A stretch of DNA of 64,000 bases from Wigglesworthia glossinidia (lineage in GTDB: Bacteria > Pseudomonadota > Gammaproteobacteria > Enterobacterales > Enterobacteriaceae): positions 7,559 to 71,558 of the forward strand of contig JAVBJL010000004.1 of the NCBI GenBank assembly GCA_030827005.1, given 5' to 3'. The position numbers and the translations under genes were made by a program. Position 1 is the first letter of the stretch. Each line of letters opens with the position of its first letter. Below, piece by piece: positions 42,849 through 54,733 of this stretch. The notes beneath the pieces were generated by a model. It worked only from the letters and a program-made list of their open reading frames with translations. It did not search any database and was not told where the DNA came from.

Positions 42849-44762
42849 ATGCCAGTTATAACTTATTTAAACAATAAAAAATTATTTTATGAACATACAT
42901 TAGAAATTGTAAATATTATTAAAAGATTAGATCATAATTTATTACAAGAATGTATTGCTGCAAAAATTAATGGAAGATTAATGGATATATCAGATACGAT
43001 AGACTACGATGCTGATTTAGAAATTATTACTGCAAAAGATAAAATTGGAATTAATATTATTCGAAGATCCTGTGCGCATCTTTTAGGACATGCAGTAAAA
43101 CAATTATGGCCTAAAGCACAAATGGCAATTGGACCTGCTATTTCAAACGGATTTTATTATGATATTTACTTAGAACACCAATTATCTTCAAATGATCTTC
43201 AAAAGATAGAAAATAAAATGCAAACATTATCTCGTAAAAATTATGTAATTAAAAAAAAATGTGTTTCTTGGGAAGAAGCATATAATATTTTTTTAAATCG
43301 TAAAGAAAATTATAAAATAAAAATTCTTAATAAAAATATTCCAAAAAATTCTTCTATCTCTTTATATTCTCACGAAGAATATATCGATATGTGCCTAGGA
43401 CCGCATGTTCCAAATATTAGATTTTGTATTTTTTTTAAATTACAAAAAATTTCTGGAGCTTATTGGAGAGGAAATAGTAAAAATGAAATGTTACAAAGAA
43501 TATACGGTACTGCATGGAATTCCGAATATGAACTAACAAAATTTCTTGAAAACGTAAAAGAATCTAAAAAAAGAGACCACAGAGTAATTGGAAAAAAATT
43601 AGACTTGTTTCACATAGAAGATAATATTCCAGGAATGATTTTTTGGCATCAAAACGGTTTAGTGATTTTTCATATTTTAAAAAAATTTATACGGATGAAA
43701 TTAAAAAAATATCACTATCAAGAAGTTAAAACACCATTAATTATGAATTATAATTTATGGGAAGATAGTGGACATTTAGAAAATTATGGAAATAATATGT
43801 TTTATACTTATGCAGAAAATAAAAAATATTGCATTAAACCAATGAACTGTCCTGCGCATTTGTTAATTTTTAAAAAAACTTTGAAATCTTATCGAGATCT
43901 TCCTTTGAGGATATCAGAATTTGGAATTTGTCATAGAAATGAACCATCCGGATCATTACATGGGTTAATGCGTATTCGAAATTTTACACAAGATGATGCG
44001 CATATATTTTGCACGCATAATCAGATTAAAACAGAAGTAAATGCTTGCATTGATATGGTATATGATATATATAACTGCTTTGGATTTAAAAAAATATTAG
44101 TTCAATTATCTACTCGTCCAAAAAAACGCATTGGTAATGATCATATTTGGGATTTTGCAGAACAACAGCTATCATCTGTATTAGAAAAAAAAGATATTAA
44201 TTTTACTCAAAGTCCATATGATGGCGCGTTTTATGGACCAAAAATCGAATTTACATTGTTAGATTCATTAAATCGCAAATGGCAATGCGGTACAATTCAA
44301 TTAGATTTTTTTTCTCCACAAAAGTTAAATGCATATTATATAAACAATCATAATACGCGTACGCATCCCGTAATGATTCATCGTGCTATTTTAGGTTCTA
44401 TAGAACGATTTATCGGTATTCTTACAGAAGAATATTCTGGAAAATATCCTTTATGGATCGCGCCTATTCAAATTGTTATAATTAATATTACAGATGAAGA
44501 AATTCTATATGCAAAAAATATATATAATTTCTTTTTAAAAAGAAATATTCGAGCAAAACTAGATTTAAGAAATGAAAAAATAGGATTTAAAATTAGAGAA
44601 TATACTTTACGTTGCATACCGTATATATTAATCTGTGGAAAAAGAGAATTAGAAACACAAACAATATCAGTACGTACAAAAACAGGTAAAAAATTAATAG
44701 AAATAAATTTAGAAAAATTTTATGATAAATTATTACAAGAAGTTTTATTAAAAAAATGCTAA
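42849..44762 (+). CDS. thrS: Threonine--tRNA ligase
   Basis: HLLGHA; DHRVIG; KPMNCP; [13 protein letters not shown]; [11 protein letters not shown]. Confidence 0.99.
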   Translation: MPVITYLNNKKLFYEHTLEIVNIIKRLDHNLLQECIAAKINGRLMDISDTIDYDADLEIITAKDKIGINIIRRSCAHLLGHAVKQLWPKAQMAIGPAISNGFYYDIYLEHQLSSNDLQKIENKMQTLSRKNYVIKKKCVSWEEAYNIFLNRKENYKIKILNKNIPKNSSISLYSHEEYIDMCLGPHVPNIRFCIFFKLQKISGAYWRGNSKNEMLQRIYGTAWNSEYELTKFLENVKESKKRDHRVIGKKLDLFHIEDNIPGMIFWHQNGLVIFHILKKFIRMKLKKYHYQEVKTPLIMNYNLWEDSGHLENYGNNMFYTYAENKKYCIKPMNCPAHLLIFKKTLKSYRDLPLRISEFGICHRNEPSGSLHGLMRIRNFTQDDAHIFCTHNQIKTEVNACIDMVYDIYNCFGFKKILVQLSTRPKKRIGNDHIWDFAEQQLSSVLEKKDINFTQSPYDGAFYGPKIEFTLLDSLNRKWQCGTIQLDFFSPQKLNAYYINNHNTRTHPVMIHRAILGSIERFIGILTEEYSGKYPLWIAPIQIVIINITDEEILYAKNIYNFFLKRNIRAKLDLRNEKIGFKIREYTLRCIPYILICGKRELETQTISVRTKTGKKLIEINLEKFYDKLLQEVLLKKC

Positions 44763-44778
44763 CTTGGAGGAGTATAAA

Positions 44779-45318
44779 ATTAAAACTGGTAAAAAATACT
44801 CATCTGTACGATTGAATCGTATTAATGAAGAAATTCACTCAAAACTAGTCAGAATCACTGGAAAAAATAGTTCTAAATTAGGAATTTTATCACTATATGA
44901 GGCTTTAAAAATAGCCAAAGAAACTGGAATGGACTTAGTCGAAATCAGTCCAAATGCAAATCCTCCAGTTTGTCGAATTATGAATTACGGGAAATTTTTG
45001 TATGAAAAAAACAAGTCTAATAAAGAACAAAGAAAAAAACAAAAAACTATTAATATTAAAGAAATAAAATTTAGACCAAATACTGATACAGGAGATTACC
45101 AAGTAAAATTACGTAAATTAATAGAATTTTTGAAAAGTGGAGACAAAGTTAAAATTAATTTACGATTTCGCGGCAGAGAAATAATGCATCAAGAAATTGG
45201 TATTAAAATGCTAAATAGAATTTGTAAAGATTTAAATGAAATAGCAACTATCGAATCATTTCCAAAAAAAATCGAAGGAAGGCAAATGATACTAATGTTG
45301 ATTCCAAAAAAAAATTAA
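44779..45318 (+). CDS. infC: Translation initiation factor IF-3 (ATT start)
   Basis: GGAGGAG then ATT AAA ACT GGT; [20 protein letters not shown]; FRGRE. Confidence 0.97.
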   Translation: MKTGKKYSSVRLNRINEEIHSKLVRITGKNSSKLGILSLYEALKIAKETGMDLVEISPNANPPVCRIMNYGKFLYEKNKSNKEQRKKQKTINIKEIKFRPNTDTGDYQVKLRKLIEFLKSGDKVKINLRFRGREIMHQEIGIKMLNRICKDLNEIATIESFPKKIEGRQMILMLIPKKN

Positions 45319-45381
45319 AAATTCTTAAAAATAAAATAATACCCATATCTTTTAATCTCGAATTCATGTGAAGGAAAAATT

Positions 45382-45579
45382 TTGTTAAAAATAAAAACTA
45401 TACGCAGTGTTTCGAAGCGTTTTAAAAAAACTCATTCTAATAGGCTAAAATATAAAAGATCAAATTTACGTCATATTTTAACAAAAAAATCTTCTCAACG
45501 TAAAAGACGTTTACGAACAAAATCTTTTACAGAAGTAGGAGAAAAAAAAATAATACTACGCTGTTTGCCATATAAATAA
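45382..45579 (+). CDS. rpmI: 50S ribosomal protein L35 (TTG start)
   Basis: KIKT; KRFKKT; RHILTKK; LPY. Confidence 0.97.
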   Translation: MLKIKTIRSVSKRFKKTHSNRLKYKRSNLRHILTKKSSQRKRRLRTKSFTEVGEKKIILRCLPYK

Positions 45580-45626
45580 TTTAATAAATAAAAATTTTAA
45601 TTTATATAAAAATTTCGGGAGGTAAA

Positions 45627-45980
45627 ATGACTCGCGTCAAACGTGGAGTAACCGCTCATGCTCGTCATAAAAAAATATTAAAAAATTCTAAAGGCTACTA
45701 TGGTGCACGATCAAGATCGTATCGAAGTGCATTTCAATCTTTTATTAAATCCGGTCAATATGCATATCGAGATCGTAAAAATAAAAAAAGAACATTGCGA
45801 AGATTATGGATTTGTAGAATTAACGCATCTGCTAGAAAATATGGAATGTCTTATAGCGTGTTTATGCATAAAATTAAGCAATCATCTATTTATCTAGATA
45901 GAAAAATATTATCTGAGATTGCTATATACGATACAAAAGTATTTACAAATTTATGCGAAAAAATCAAAAATTCATCTTAA
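45627..45980 (+). CDS. rplT: 50S ribosomal protein L20
   Basis: [14 protein letters not shown]; QYAYRDRK; LWICRINA; DRKILS. Confidence 0.99.
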   Translation: MTRVKRGVTAHARHKKILKNSKGYYGARSRSYRSAFQSFIKSGQYAYRDRKNKKRTLRRLWICRINASARKYGMSYSVFMHKIKQSSIYLDRKILSEIAIYDTKVFTNLCEKIKNSS

Positions 45981-46131
45981 ATTTTATAATATAACGATAA
46001 TAATATAAAAATATTAATTAAATATTAAAACTAAATAATAAAAATTTTTTAAAAAACTAAATAATAAAACAGTTTATTATTTTTAATAAAAACCTTTATA
46101 TAGCTTATAAAAAATTATTAATACATAAAAT

Positions 46132-47142
46132 ATGATACGCATATCTTATCATTTGAATATTCTAAATATAAAATATTTAATTAATACGGCAAAAATTGCA
46201 ATAAAAAAATGTAACAATATTAAAAAATTGGAATTGATCAAAACATATTGGATTGGGAAAACAGGATTTTTTTCAAAAGCAAACATTATATTAAATACAT
46301 TAATACCTTATTCAAGGATAATCAAAAATGACATTCTTAAAAATGCAAACTTAATAATTAAGAATATGTATTTAAGTAAAAAAGAAAATCTAGAGAATAA
46401 AAAAATTAAATCAAAAATATTTAAAGATTCAATAGACGTTTCACTACCGGGAACAAAAAATATATTAGGATCTCTACATCCAATTTCAAGTATCATATTA
46501 TATGCAGAAGACTTTTTTCAATCTTTAGGTTTTTCTGTCGTTATAGGTAATGAAATAGAAAGTAGCTACTATAATTTTGATGCTTTAAATATTCCAAAAA
46601 ATCATCCATCTCGTACTAAGCATGATACTTTTTGGATTAATAATAGCTGTTTACTTCGCACTCAAACTTCTGGAGTACAAATTCGTGTTATGGAATCTCA
46701 TACCCCACCGTTTAAAATTATATCTTCTGGACGCGTATATAGGCGCGATTACGATAAAACTCACACTCCAATGTTTCATCAAATGGAAGGTTTAATTATT
46801 GATTGTGATGTTAATTTTTCAAATTTGAAATCAATTTTATATAATTTTTGTTACCATTTACTTGGTAAAAAAATAAAAATACGTTTTCGTCCTACATACT
46901 TTCCTTTTACACAGCCTTCTGCCGAAATAGATATTATGAATAAACACGGGAAATGGATAGAAGTACTGGGATGCGGATTAGTACATGCTAATGTTTTAAA
47001 AAATATTGCAAAAAATTCTAATAAATATTCTGGATTAGCATTTGGAATCGGGATTGAAAGACTAGCAATGTTATATTATAAATTATCCGATGTACGTTTA
47101 TTGTTTATGAATAATTTACGCTTTTTAAAACAATTTAAATAA
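46132..47142 (+). CDS. pheS: Phenylalanine--tRNA ligase alpha
   Basis: HPSRTKHDTF; LRTQTS; FHQMEG; RPTYFPFTQPSAE; FGIGIERL. Confidence 0.98.
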   Translation: MIRISYHLNILNIKYLINTAKIAIKKCNNIKKLELIKTYWIGKTGFFSKANIILNTLIPYSRIIKNDILKNANLIIKNMYLSKKENLENKKIKSKIFKDSIDVSLPGTKNILGSLHPISSIILYAEDFFQSLGFSVVIGNEIESSYYNFDALNIPKNHPSRTKHDTFWINNSCLLRTQTSGVQIRVMESHTPPFKIISSGRVYRRDYDKTHTPMFHQMEGLIIDCDVNFSNLKSILYNFCYHLLGKKIKIRFRPTYFPFTQPSAEIDIMNKHGKWIEVLGCGLVHANVLKNIAKNSNKYSGLAFGIGIERLAMLYYKLSDVRLLFMNNLRFLKQFK

Positions 47143-47150
47143 GGTTATAT

Positions 47151-49565
47151 ATGAAGTGCAGTTTGTCTTGGCTAAAAGAATGGATAAAAAACAGTAATAT
47201 AAAATTTAATAAATTTATTGATAAAATACAAAAAGTAGGTTTTGAAGTAGAAAAAATCGTTCCAATAGATACTAAATTTTTTGGAGTAAAAGTTGGAGAA
47301 GTAATTTATTGCGAAACGCATCCGAATAATAAATTACTTAATATATTTTCAATAAATATTGGAAATATGCATATAATCAAAGTTATTTCAAATCATAAAA
47401 AAGATTTATTATATAAAAAAATTGCGGTTGCCATGCACGGATCTAAATTAGAAAATAAAACTATTAAAGCAAAAATATTATTTGGGAAAGAATCAGACGG
47501 CATTTTTTGTTCCTATAAAGATTTAAAAATTTTTAATACGCAAGCCAAATCAAAAAAAATTGTTATATTGCCTAAAAATACACCGGCAGGAAAAGATATT
47601 AAAAAATACTTTTTATTAAAAGATGTTATTTTACATATTAATATAACTCCTAATAGATTTGATTGTTTAAACCTTATTGGGTTATCTAGAGCAATTAAAT
47701 CTGAAAATGATAATATTGTTTTTAAAAGAGAACGTTTAAAAAAAATATTACCAACAAATAATATACAAATTAGCATTGAAGTCAAAGCCCCGGAAGCATG
47801 CCCAAAATACTTAAATAGAATAATCAAAAATGTAAAAATAAATATAAAAACTCCAATTTGGATAATAGAACGATTAAAAAGATCTGGGTATATATCAAAA
47901 AATAATATTCTTATAGACATAATTTATTATGTTTTTATAGAAACAGGTCAGCCGATAAAAATATTTGATATGAATAAAATTTCACGGAATCTTATTATAA
48001 GATATACAAATCGAGATGAATATATCAAAATATCGAAAGAAAAAAAAATTTTTTTAGATGAAAAAACATTAGTAGTATCTGATCAAAATACTATTTTAGA
48101 ATTAGCCGGATTATTAATTAATAATGATGTTAAAATTAATTTAGATACCACAGATATCGTTATATCTTCTGCATTTTATCACGGAAAATTAATTTATGAT
48201 CTAGCAAACAAATATAATATTCATTCTGAATTTACAGAAAAATATATAAAAAATATGGTAGATCCAGACATACAGCTTCTAGCTATAGAACGCATTACAG
48301 AACTTGTTGTACATTGCTGCCATGGAAGTCCGGGCCCAATAAACAGTATAATTTTTAAAAAATTCTTACCAAAACATAAAACAATTATTTTAAATAAAAA
48401 TAAAATAAAAAATATTTTGGGTTTTTGCATCAATAAAAATAAAATAGAAAATATACTATATGCATTAAAGTATAAATTAAAATATCAACAAAATTCTTGG
48501 CATATTACTCCGCCTAGCTGGCGTATTTTTAATGTAAAAAATGAAGCAGATATAATCAACGATATTGCATGTTTGTATGAATTTGAAAATATTCCATTAA
48601 AATTAAATATAAGTGGTTTGAATCAAAAAACATATTGTAAACATACGGAATTAGATCGAATAAAATATTTATTGATTGATCGAGGATATCAAGAAATCAT
48701 AACATATACCTTTGTAGATCAAAATATTCAAAAAATTTTATATCCAAAGAAAACTGCTATATCAATTCTTAATCCTATCGTAGACGATATGTCCGTATTA
48801 CGACTATCTTTGTGGACTAATTTTATTAAAACAATATTATATAATCAAAGTAGACAAATTAGTCATGTGCGAATTTTCGAAAGTGGATTTTGTTTTATTC
48901 CAAATAAAAATTATACATTTGGAATACATCAAAAATTTATGATTGCAGGTGCTGTATCTGAAAATTCTATTATGCACTGGAAATTAAAAAAAGAAAAGCT
49001 AGATTTTTATGATATCAAAGGTGATATAGAGGCTTTAATACAGATCAACCACGATATAGAGCTATTAAAATTTAAAACATATAAAGATTCTGCTTTAAAT
49101 TCGGGAAAAAGTGCAAAAATTTATCTTGAAAACAAGTGTATTGGATTAATTGGAGAAATTAATCCATTTTTAAAAAAACAATTTAAATTAAAAAATAGCA
49201 TTTTTTTATTTGAGTTATCTTGGAAATTAATATCTAACAATTATATCCCAAAAATCGTCAATATATCTGATTTACCTTATTCTCAAAGAGATATTTCTAT
49301 GATAATTCATCATAATATTCCAGTATTAAACATAATTGAAGAATGTAAAAATATTATTAAAAATAAATTAATTGATATTAAAATATTTGATTTATATCAG
49401 GGCGATGAAATTAAGAATGGTTTTAAAAGCATCTCACTACGCCTGATTTTACAAGATAAAAATACTACTTTAACAAATAAAAAAATTAATATTATTCTTG
49501 AAAAATGCATAACAATACTGAAAAATAAATTTAAAGTAGAGATAAGAGGTATTTCTTCAACATAA
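47151..49565 (+). CDS. pheT: Phenylalanine--tRNA ligase beta
   Basis: ITPNRFDC; PPSWR; GYQEIITY; NPI..DMSVLR; C-terminal FDX-ACB domain. Confidence 0.97.
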   Translation: MKCSLSWLKEWIKNSNIKFNKFIDKIQKVGFEVEKIVPIDTKFFGVKVGEVIYCETHPNNKLLNIFSINIGNMHIIKVISNHKKDLLYKKIAVAMHGSKLENKTIKAKILFGKESDGIFCSYKDLKIFNTQAKSKKIVILPKNTPAGKDIKKYFLLKDVILHINITPNRFDCLNLIGLSRAIKSENDNIVFKRERLKKILPTNNIQISIEVKAPEACPKYLNRIIKNVKINIKTPIWIIERLKRSGYISKNNILIDIIYYVFIETGQPIKIFDMNKISRNLIIRYTNRDEYIKISKEKKIFLDEKTLVVSDQNTILELAGLLINNDVKINLDTTDIVISSAFYHGKLIYDLANKYNIHSEFTEKYIKNMVDPDIQLLAIERITELVVHCCHGSPGPINSIIFKKFLPKHKTIILNKNKIKNILGFCINKNKIENILYALKYKLKYQQNSWHITPPSWRIFNVKNEADIINDIACLYEFENIPLKLNISGLNQKTYCKHTELDRIKYLLIDRGYQEIITYTFVDQNIQKILYPKKTAISILNPIVDDMSVLRLSLWTNFIKTILYNQSRQISHVRIFESGFCFIPNKNYTFGIHQKFMIAGAVSENSIMHWKLKKEKLDFYDIKGDIEALIQINHDIELLKFKTYKDSALNSGKSAKIYLENKCIGLIGEINPFLKKQFKLKNSIFLFELSWKLISNNYIPKIVNISDLPYSQRDISMIIHHNIPVLNIIEECKNIIKNKLIDIKIFDLYQGDEIKNGFKSISLRLILQDKNTTLTNKKINIILEKCITILKNKFKVEIRGISST

Positions 49566-49706
49566 AATTTTAACTAAATTATCAAAAATTTTTTTAAAAA
49601 TTATGTATATTCAATGCATATTAAAAATATGTACGTCTTATAAGAATTACGTTCTAATAGAGTAAATGATCAAAAATTAATTATTTAAATATGTAAGTGA
49701 AAATTA

Positions 49707-50786
49707 TTATTTTTTATTTAATCTAGTAGTCCATTTTAATTTTTTATTAAAAAATAAAGGAACGATATACTCATTTTTATTTATTTTTAATTTTTTCTTT
49801 TCTTTTGGTTTGTATGAAGATTTAAATAAATTAATTTTTTCTTTATTAATAGGTAAATTATAAAATAGAGCTCCATTAATAGAGCAAAATTCTTCCAGCT
49901 TATCTAAAATATTAAGATCGTCAAAAATCGTTGCGTACATTTCTAAAGCAATAGGCGCGTTGAATATTCCAGCAAATCCTTGATCGCATTCTTTATTACT
50001 GATAGCATGAGGCGCGCTATCTGTACCAAGAAAAAATCGATTGCAATTACTAGATAGTGCAGCTTGTAACGCAAGTTGGTCCTGTTCTTTTTTTAACAAA
50101 GGAAAACAATAAAAATGCGGTTTAATTTTTTCAGATAACATATCATTTCGATTAAACATAAGATGGTGTGGCGTAATAGTCGCTCCTAAATAAATACTTT
50201 CTGATATTACGTAATCCACTGATTCTTTTGTAGAAATATGCTCGAGAACGACTTTTAATTGTGGAAACAATCGTCGTATTGGCTGCATAATGTTGTTTAT
50301 AAATTTTGATTCTCGAGCAAATACGTCAATGTTTTTGTTATATAATTCTCCGTGAATAAGTAAAATCATGCCAATTTTTTGCATTATTTCTAATATTGGA
50401 AAAATTTTTTTTATTTTATTAATTCCATGATGTGAATTTGTTGTAGTGTGCGATAAGTACATTTTAGCAGCAATAAATATTTTTTCTAAAAACCCTTTAA
50501 TAAGAATATTTTTATTAAAATTTTCTGTTAAGTAACAAGTAATAAGCGGTTCAAATTTGTGATTTTTTGGTATGGCTGCACAAATATTTTTTTTATACTC
50601 ATATGCTTGCGATAAATTAGTGATTGGATTAGCTAAGTTTGGCATCACTATAGCTCTTTTAAAGATACGACTAGTATATGGTAAAACAGTTTTTAAAATA
50701 TCATTTTCTCTTAAATGCACATGAAAATCATCTGGTTTTCTAATAGTCAGAATGTTGTTATTTGAAATAAAATTTTTATTAATCAT
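49707..50786 (-). CDS. pyrC: Dihydroorotase
   Basis: PDDFHVHLR; AIVMPNL; HGE; EHIST; TPHHL; LGTDSAPH. Confidence 0.98.
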   Translation of the reverse strand: MINKNFISNNNILTIRKPDDFHVHLRENDILKTVLPYTSRIFKRAIVMPNLANPITNLSQAYEYKKNICAAIPKNHKFEPLITCYLTENFNKNILIKGFLEKIFIAAKMYLSHTTTNSHHGINKIKKIFPILEIMQKIGMILLIHGELYNKNIDVFARESKFINNIMQPIRRLFPQLKVVLEHISTKESVDYVISESIYLGATITPHHLMFNRNDMLSEKIKPHFYCFPLLKKEQDQLALQAALSSNCNRFFLGTDSAPHAISNKECDQGFAGIFNAPIALEMYATIFDDLNILDKLEEFCSINGALFYNLPINKEKINLFKSSYKPKEKKKLKINKNEYIVPLFFNKKLKWTTRLNKK

Positions 50787-50905
50787 ATCTTATTATATTA
50801 TCATTTTTTATCTTATTTAAATAATCTTTAAAATATTGTTTCAATCACTAATTATGTTTTAAATTACAATCGTCTTGTTTATATATAAATATAATTTTTA
50901 TGTAT

Positions 50906-53248
50906 TTATTTTGTTTTTTTTGAATTTTCATGCATATTATTTAAATTATTAAAATTGTTTTTTATTAAAAAATTATTTTGACGATATCTATAAGTTTTTT
51001 TTCCACTTAATACTCTTAAATATTTAGGAATGCGACGAGATCGATTTTTTAATATTAATTTTTGTTGCTTGTTGTCATGACACTCTTGATTAGCATTAAA
51101 TGATGTATTATTAATCAATTTTTTATTATTTTGATTTAAATTGTTTTTTATCAAGGTATTTAATATTTTTTTATTAAAATTTTCATGATTATTATATAAT
51201 TTTTGTTTATGATTATTCAATTTATAATTGTTGCATAAAATGTGATTTTGGTAATTTTTTTGATTTTTTTCTAAAAATTTTTTACTAGTTTCTACTGAAT
51301 TTTCAATATAATTTTTAAATCGCTTTGAATTTTCTTTGTAAGGTTTATCAGATAAAATACACTTATTAAAGTGTTTATTGCAAAAATCTTCAATATTAAT
51401 ATATTTATCTTGATTTAAAACATTGAATATTAGATTATTTTTTGAATTTAGTTGAATCAAATAATTAAAAAAAGCAATATTATTTTTTTTAAAAAAATTT
51501 TTTTGATTTTTTAGTATACATAATTTAATATTATAAATTAGACGTTTAAATAAACTTTGAGAATGTATAGAATTATTAGATAAATTTAGATTTTTATTTT
51601 GAATTTTTTTTAAATTCGACACCTCGTTTTTTATATAACTACTTATAGTAGTATGATAATCTAAATTAGATTTTTTAACCTCGCTTTTTGCACAAAAATA
51701 ATCTTGATACTTTTTAGGCGTACTAGAATCATATGATTTAGATACTAAATAATTTGCTATGTTTTTTTTATCTCCTGATTTAATTCTAAAAACTGAGTAA
51801 TGAGGCGTTTGTATAGAGTCATTAGGAATAATAATAGTACGAACTCCTTGATTACGTTTTTCAATTGCATTTATTGATTCTCGTTTTTCATTTAATAAAT
51901 ATGAAGCAATATTTACCGGAACTATAGCGTATACTTCACACGTATTATCTTTTATAGATTCTTCTTCAATTAACCTCAAAATAGATAAAGAAAGCGACTC
52001 ATTATCACGAATTGTACCCGCACCATTACATCTTGGACAAATATAATGACTTGATTCTCTTAAAGATGGACTGATACGTTGTCTAGATAATTCTAATAAA
52101 CCAAATCGAGAAATATTTCCAACCTGGATTTTTGCACGATCTTGTTTAACAGATTCTTTTAAAACACGTTCTACTTCTTTTTGATGTTTAATTGGCAACA
52201 TATCAATAAAATCAATTACAATTAAACCGCCCAAATCACGCAATCGTAATTGTCTAACAATTTCTGATACTGCTTCTAAATTAGTATTTAAAGCTGTTTC
52301 TGAAATATCTCCTCCTCGTGTAGAACGCGAAGAATTGATATCAATTGAAGTTAATGCTTCTGTAGTTTCTATAAAAATAGAACCTCCGGAAGGTAATTTT
52401 ACTTCTCTTTGAAAAGCAGATTCAATTTGCGATTCAATTTGATAATGACTAAATAATGGAATTTCACCATTATATAATTTAATTTTCTTTATAAAATCCG
52501 GGCGCCCTAAAGATATTGTATAATTTTTTGCTATATTTAAAATTTTAGGGTTATCAATTAATATTTCTCCGATATCAGCACGCAAATAATCACGAAAAGC
52601 ACGAACAATCACGTCATTATCACTATAAATTAAACATGGAGCATATTTGTTCTGAGCATCTTGTTTAATTTGATCCCAGTATTTTAATCGTAATGATAAG
52701 TCTGCTGTAAGTTCTTTAATAGATTTTCCTAGTCCTGCTGTACGTATTATTAAACTCATACCGTCTGGTATATTTAAAGATGATAATATTTCTTTGACTT
52801 CTAAACGGTCTTCGCCTTCTATATGACGTGAAATTCCTCCAGAATGTGGAGTATTTGGCATTAGCACTAAATAACTTCCTGCAAGACTAATAAATGTAGT
52901 TAGAGCGGCTCCTTTATTACCACGAGCTTCTTTTGATATTTGTATAATAATCTCTTGACCTTCTTTCAAATGATCTTTAATATTTGCACGTTTACAAATT
53001 AAATTTTGATTGGCAAAATATTCGAAGGAAATTTCTTTAAACGGGAGAAATCCATGACGTTCTGATCCGTAATCTATAAATGCCGCTTCCAAACTAGGTT
53101 CAATACGAGTAATTCTACCTTTATAGATATTTGATTTTTTCTGTATATAACTTAGATTTTCAATATCTAAATCATACAATGTTTGTCCATCTACTAAGGC
53201 AATTCTTAGCTCTTCTTCTTGAGTTGCATTAATTAACATTCTTTTCAT
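50906..53248 (-). CDS. rne: Ribonuclease E (shortened C-terminal domain)
   Basis: MKRMLINATQEEELRIALVDGQ; DINS; LRDLGGLIVIDFIDM; CPRCNGAG. Confidence 0.99.
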   Translation of the reverse strand: MKRMLINATQEEELRIALVDGQTLYDLDIENLSYIQKKSNIYKGRITRIEPSLEAAFIDYGSERHGFLPFKEISFEYFANQNLICKRANIKDHLKEGQEIIIQISKEARGNKGAALTTFISLAGSYLVLMPNTPHSGGISRHIEGEDRLEVKEILSSLNIPDGMSLIIRTAGLGKSIKELTADLSLRLKYWDQIKQDAQNKYAPCLIYSDNDVIVRAFRDYLRADIGEILIDNPKILNIAKNYTISLGRPDFIKKIKLYNGEIPLFSHYQIESQIESAFQREVKLPSGGSIFIETTEALTSIDINSSRSTRGGDISETALNTNLEAVSEIVRQLRLRDLGGLIVIDFIDMLPIKHQKEVERVLKESVKQDRAKIQVGNISRFGLLELSRQRISPSLRESSHYICPRCNGAGTIRDNESLSLSILRLIEEESIKDNTCEVYAIVPVNIASYLLNEKRESINAIEKRNQGVRTIIIPNDSIQTPHYSVFRIKSGDKKNIANYLVSKSYDSSTPKKYQDYFCAKSEVKKSNLDYHTTISSYIKNEVSNLKKIQNKNLNLSNNSIHSQSLFKRLIYNIKLCILKNQKNFFKKNNIAFFNYLIQLNSKNNLIFNVLNQDKYINIEDFCNKHFNKCILSDKPYKENSKRFKNYIENSVETSKKFLEKNQKNYQNHILCNNYKLNNHKQKLYNNHENFNKKILNTLIKNNLNQNNKKLINNTSFNANQECHDNKQQKLILKNRSRRIPKYLRVLSGKKTYRYRQNNFLIKNNFNNLNNMHENSKKTK

Positions 53249-53528
53249 TATACTATACTCATTTTATGCACCGATGATTATTAGATGTTATAATATTAAA
53301 ACATTTTAACTGATAAATTATACTATAATTTTATTGTAATTATGTTATATGCTAAAATCTTAATTTTTTTGATATAACTAATTATTATTAAATTATTAAA
53401 TATTTTACATAAATTTTTAATGTTCTTTTTTAAAGAATTAGATATTTTATTTATAATAAACAAATATAATTTATAATTTTTTTATACATCTATCTTACAA
53501 AGATCATTAGAAATATAATTTAAAAAAA

Positions 53529-54509
53529 ATGAAAGTTTTTAAATCTTTAATTCAATTCATTGAAGTATCAAAAAATGAATCTTGTCAGCGAATTGACAAT
53601 TTTTTAAAAAAAAAATTGAAATATACTTCAAAAAATACTATTTACAAAATTTTAAGAACAGGAGAGGTACGTGTTAATAAAAAAAGAGTAGATCCTAATT
53701 ATAAAATAAGAATTAAAGATTTGATTCGTATTCCTCCAATAAAATATTCCCGTATTATAGAAAAGAAGATTTCTTATACATCATATATTAATTTTAACTT
53801 TAAAAATTCTATTTTATACGAAGATAAACATTTATTAATTTTAAATAAGCCTAGCGGAATAGCAGTGCATAAAGGCAGCGGTATAAATTGTGGAATTATT
53901 GAAAAATTACGCGATATATATCCAAAAAATTCTTTTTTAGAATTGGTACATCGTTTAGATAGAGGAACTTCCGGTATACTTTTAATTGCAAAAAAGCGTT
54001 CTACTTTATGTAATTTACATAAACAATTAAGAAGTGGCGAAATATATAAGGAATATTTAATTTTAGTGCACGGAAAATGTCAATTTAAAAGTAAAACAGT
54101 TTCTGTTTCATTAAAAAAACAATTACATTTAGATAAAATACTAAAATTTAAAAAACAAAAAATGTTGGTTGATAAAAATGGAAAATCGGCAATAACCAAC
54201 TTTTATGTAATTAAAATTTTTCGCAATATGACACTTCTTAAAGCAATTACTAAAACTGGTCGTATGCACCAGATTCGTGCACATGCTCAACACATTAATC
54301 ATCCTATTGTATGTGATTTAGTATATAACAAAATAAATAAAATAGAAGCTCCATTAGTTGATAAAAAAATTAATCGCATATTTTTACATGCTTCTAGCAT
54401 ACGTTTTTATCATCCAGATACACTGAAGCATCTTAATATTAAAGCGCCTCTAGATTATTTGTTATTAAATTATCTTAAAAAATTAAAAAAATCAAATCTT
54501 AAATCTTAA
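53529..54509 (+). CDS. rluC: 23S rRNA pseudouridine synthase C
   Basis: S4 domain; NKPSGIAVH; HRLDRGTSG; TGRMHQIR. Confidence 0.97.
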   Translation: MKVFKSLIQFIEVSKNESCQRIDNFLKKKLKYTSKNTIYKILRTGEVRVNKKRVDPNYKIRIKDLIRIPPIKYSRIIEKKISYTSYINFNFKNSILYEDKHLLILNKPSGIAVHKGSGINCGIIEKLRDIYPKNSFLELVHRLDRGTSGILLIAKKRSTLCNLHKQLRSGEIYKEYLILVHGKCQFKSKTVSVSLKKQLHLDKILKFKKQKMLVDKNGKSAITNFYVIKIFRNMTLLKAITKTGRMHQIRAHAQHINHPIVCDLVYNKINKIEAPLVDKKINRIFLHASSIRFYHPDTLKHLNIKAPLDYLLLNYLKKLKKSNLKS

Positions 54510-54733
54510 TATAGATTCTGGTTGCTAAAAGATATTTTTAAGAAAATATTTAATAAAATTAAAAATTACTATATTTCTTTATAAAAGAATATAATAAAAT
54601 ATACTTTAACTTAAGTCCAAATTATTCAGTATCAAATATAAATCTTGCATAAATAAAATTTAATCGTTATTTTATTTATACAATACTTGTTACATTGTAT
54701 AATGTATAATCTTTTTTATTTAAGAAGGACAAT

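Noticed and set aside
47513-48433. Antisense ORFs inside pheT (135 and 70 aa)
   Set aside because: Shadow ORFs with no independent signals
53249-53528. rne leader autoregulatory hairpins
   Set aside because: Only the SD-proximal AATGAGT resembles the enteric leader; no supportable structure
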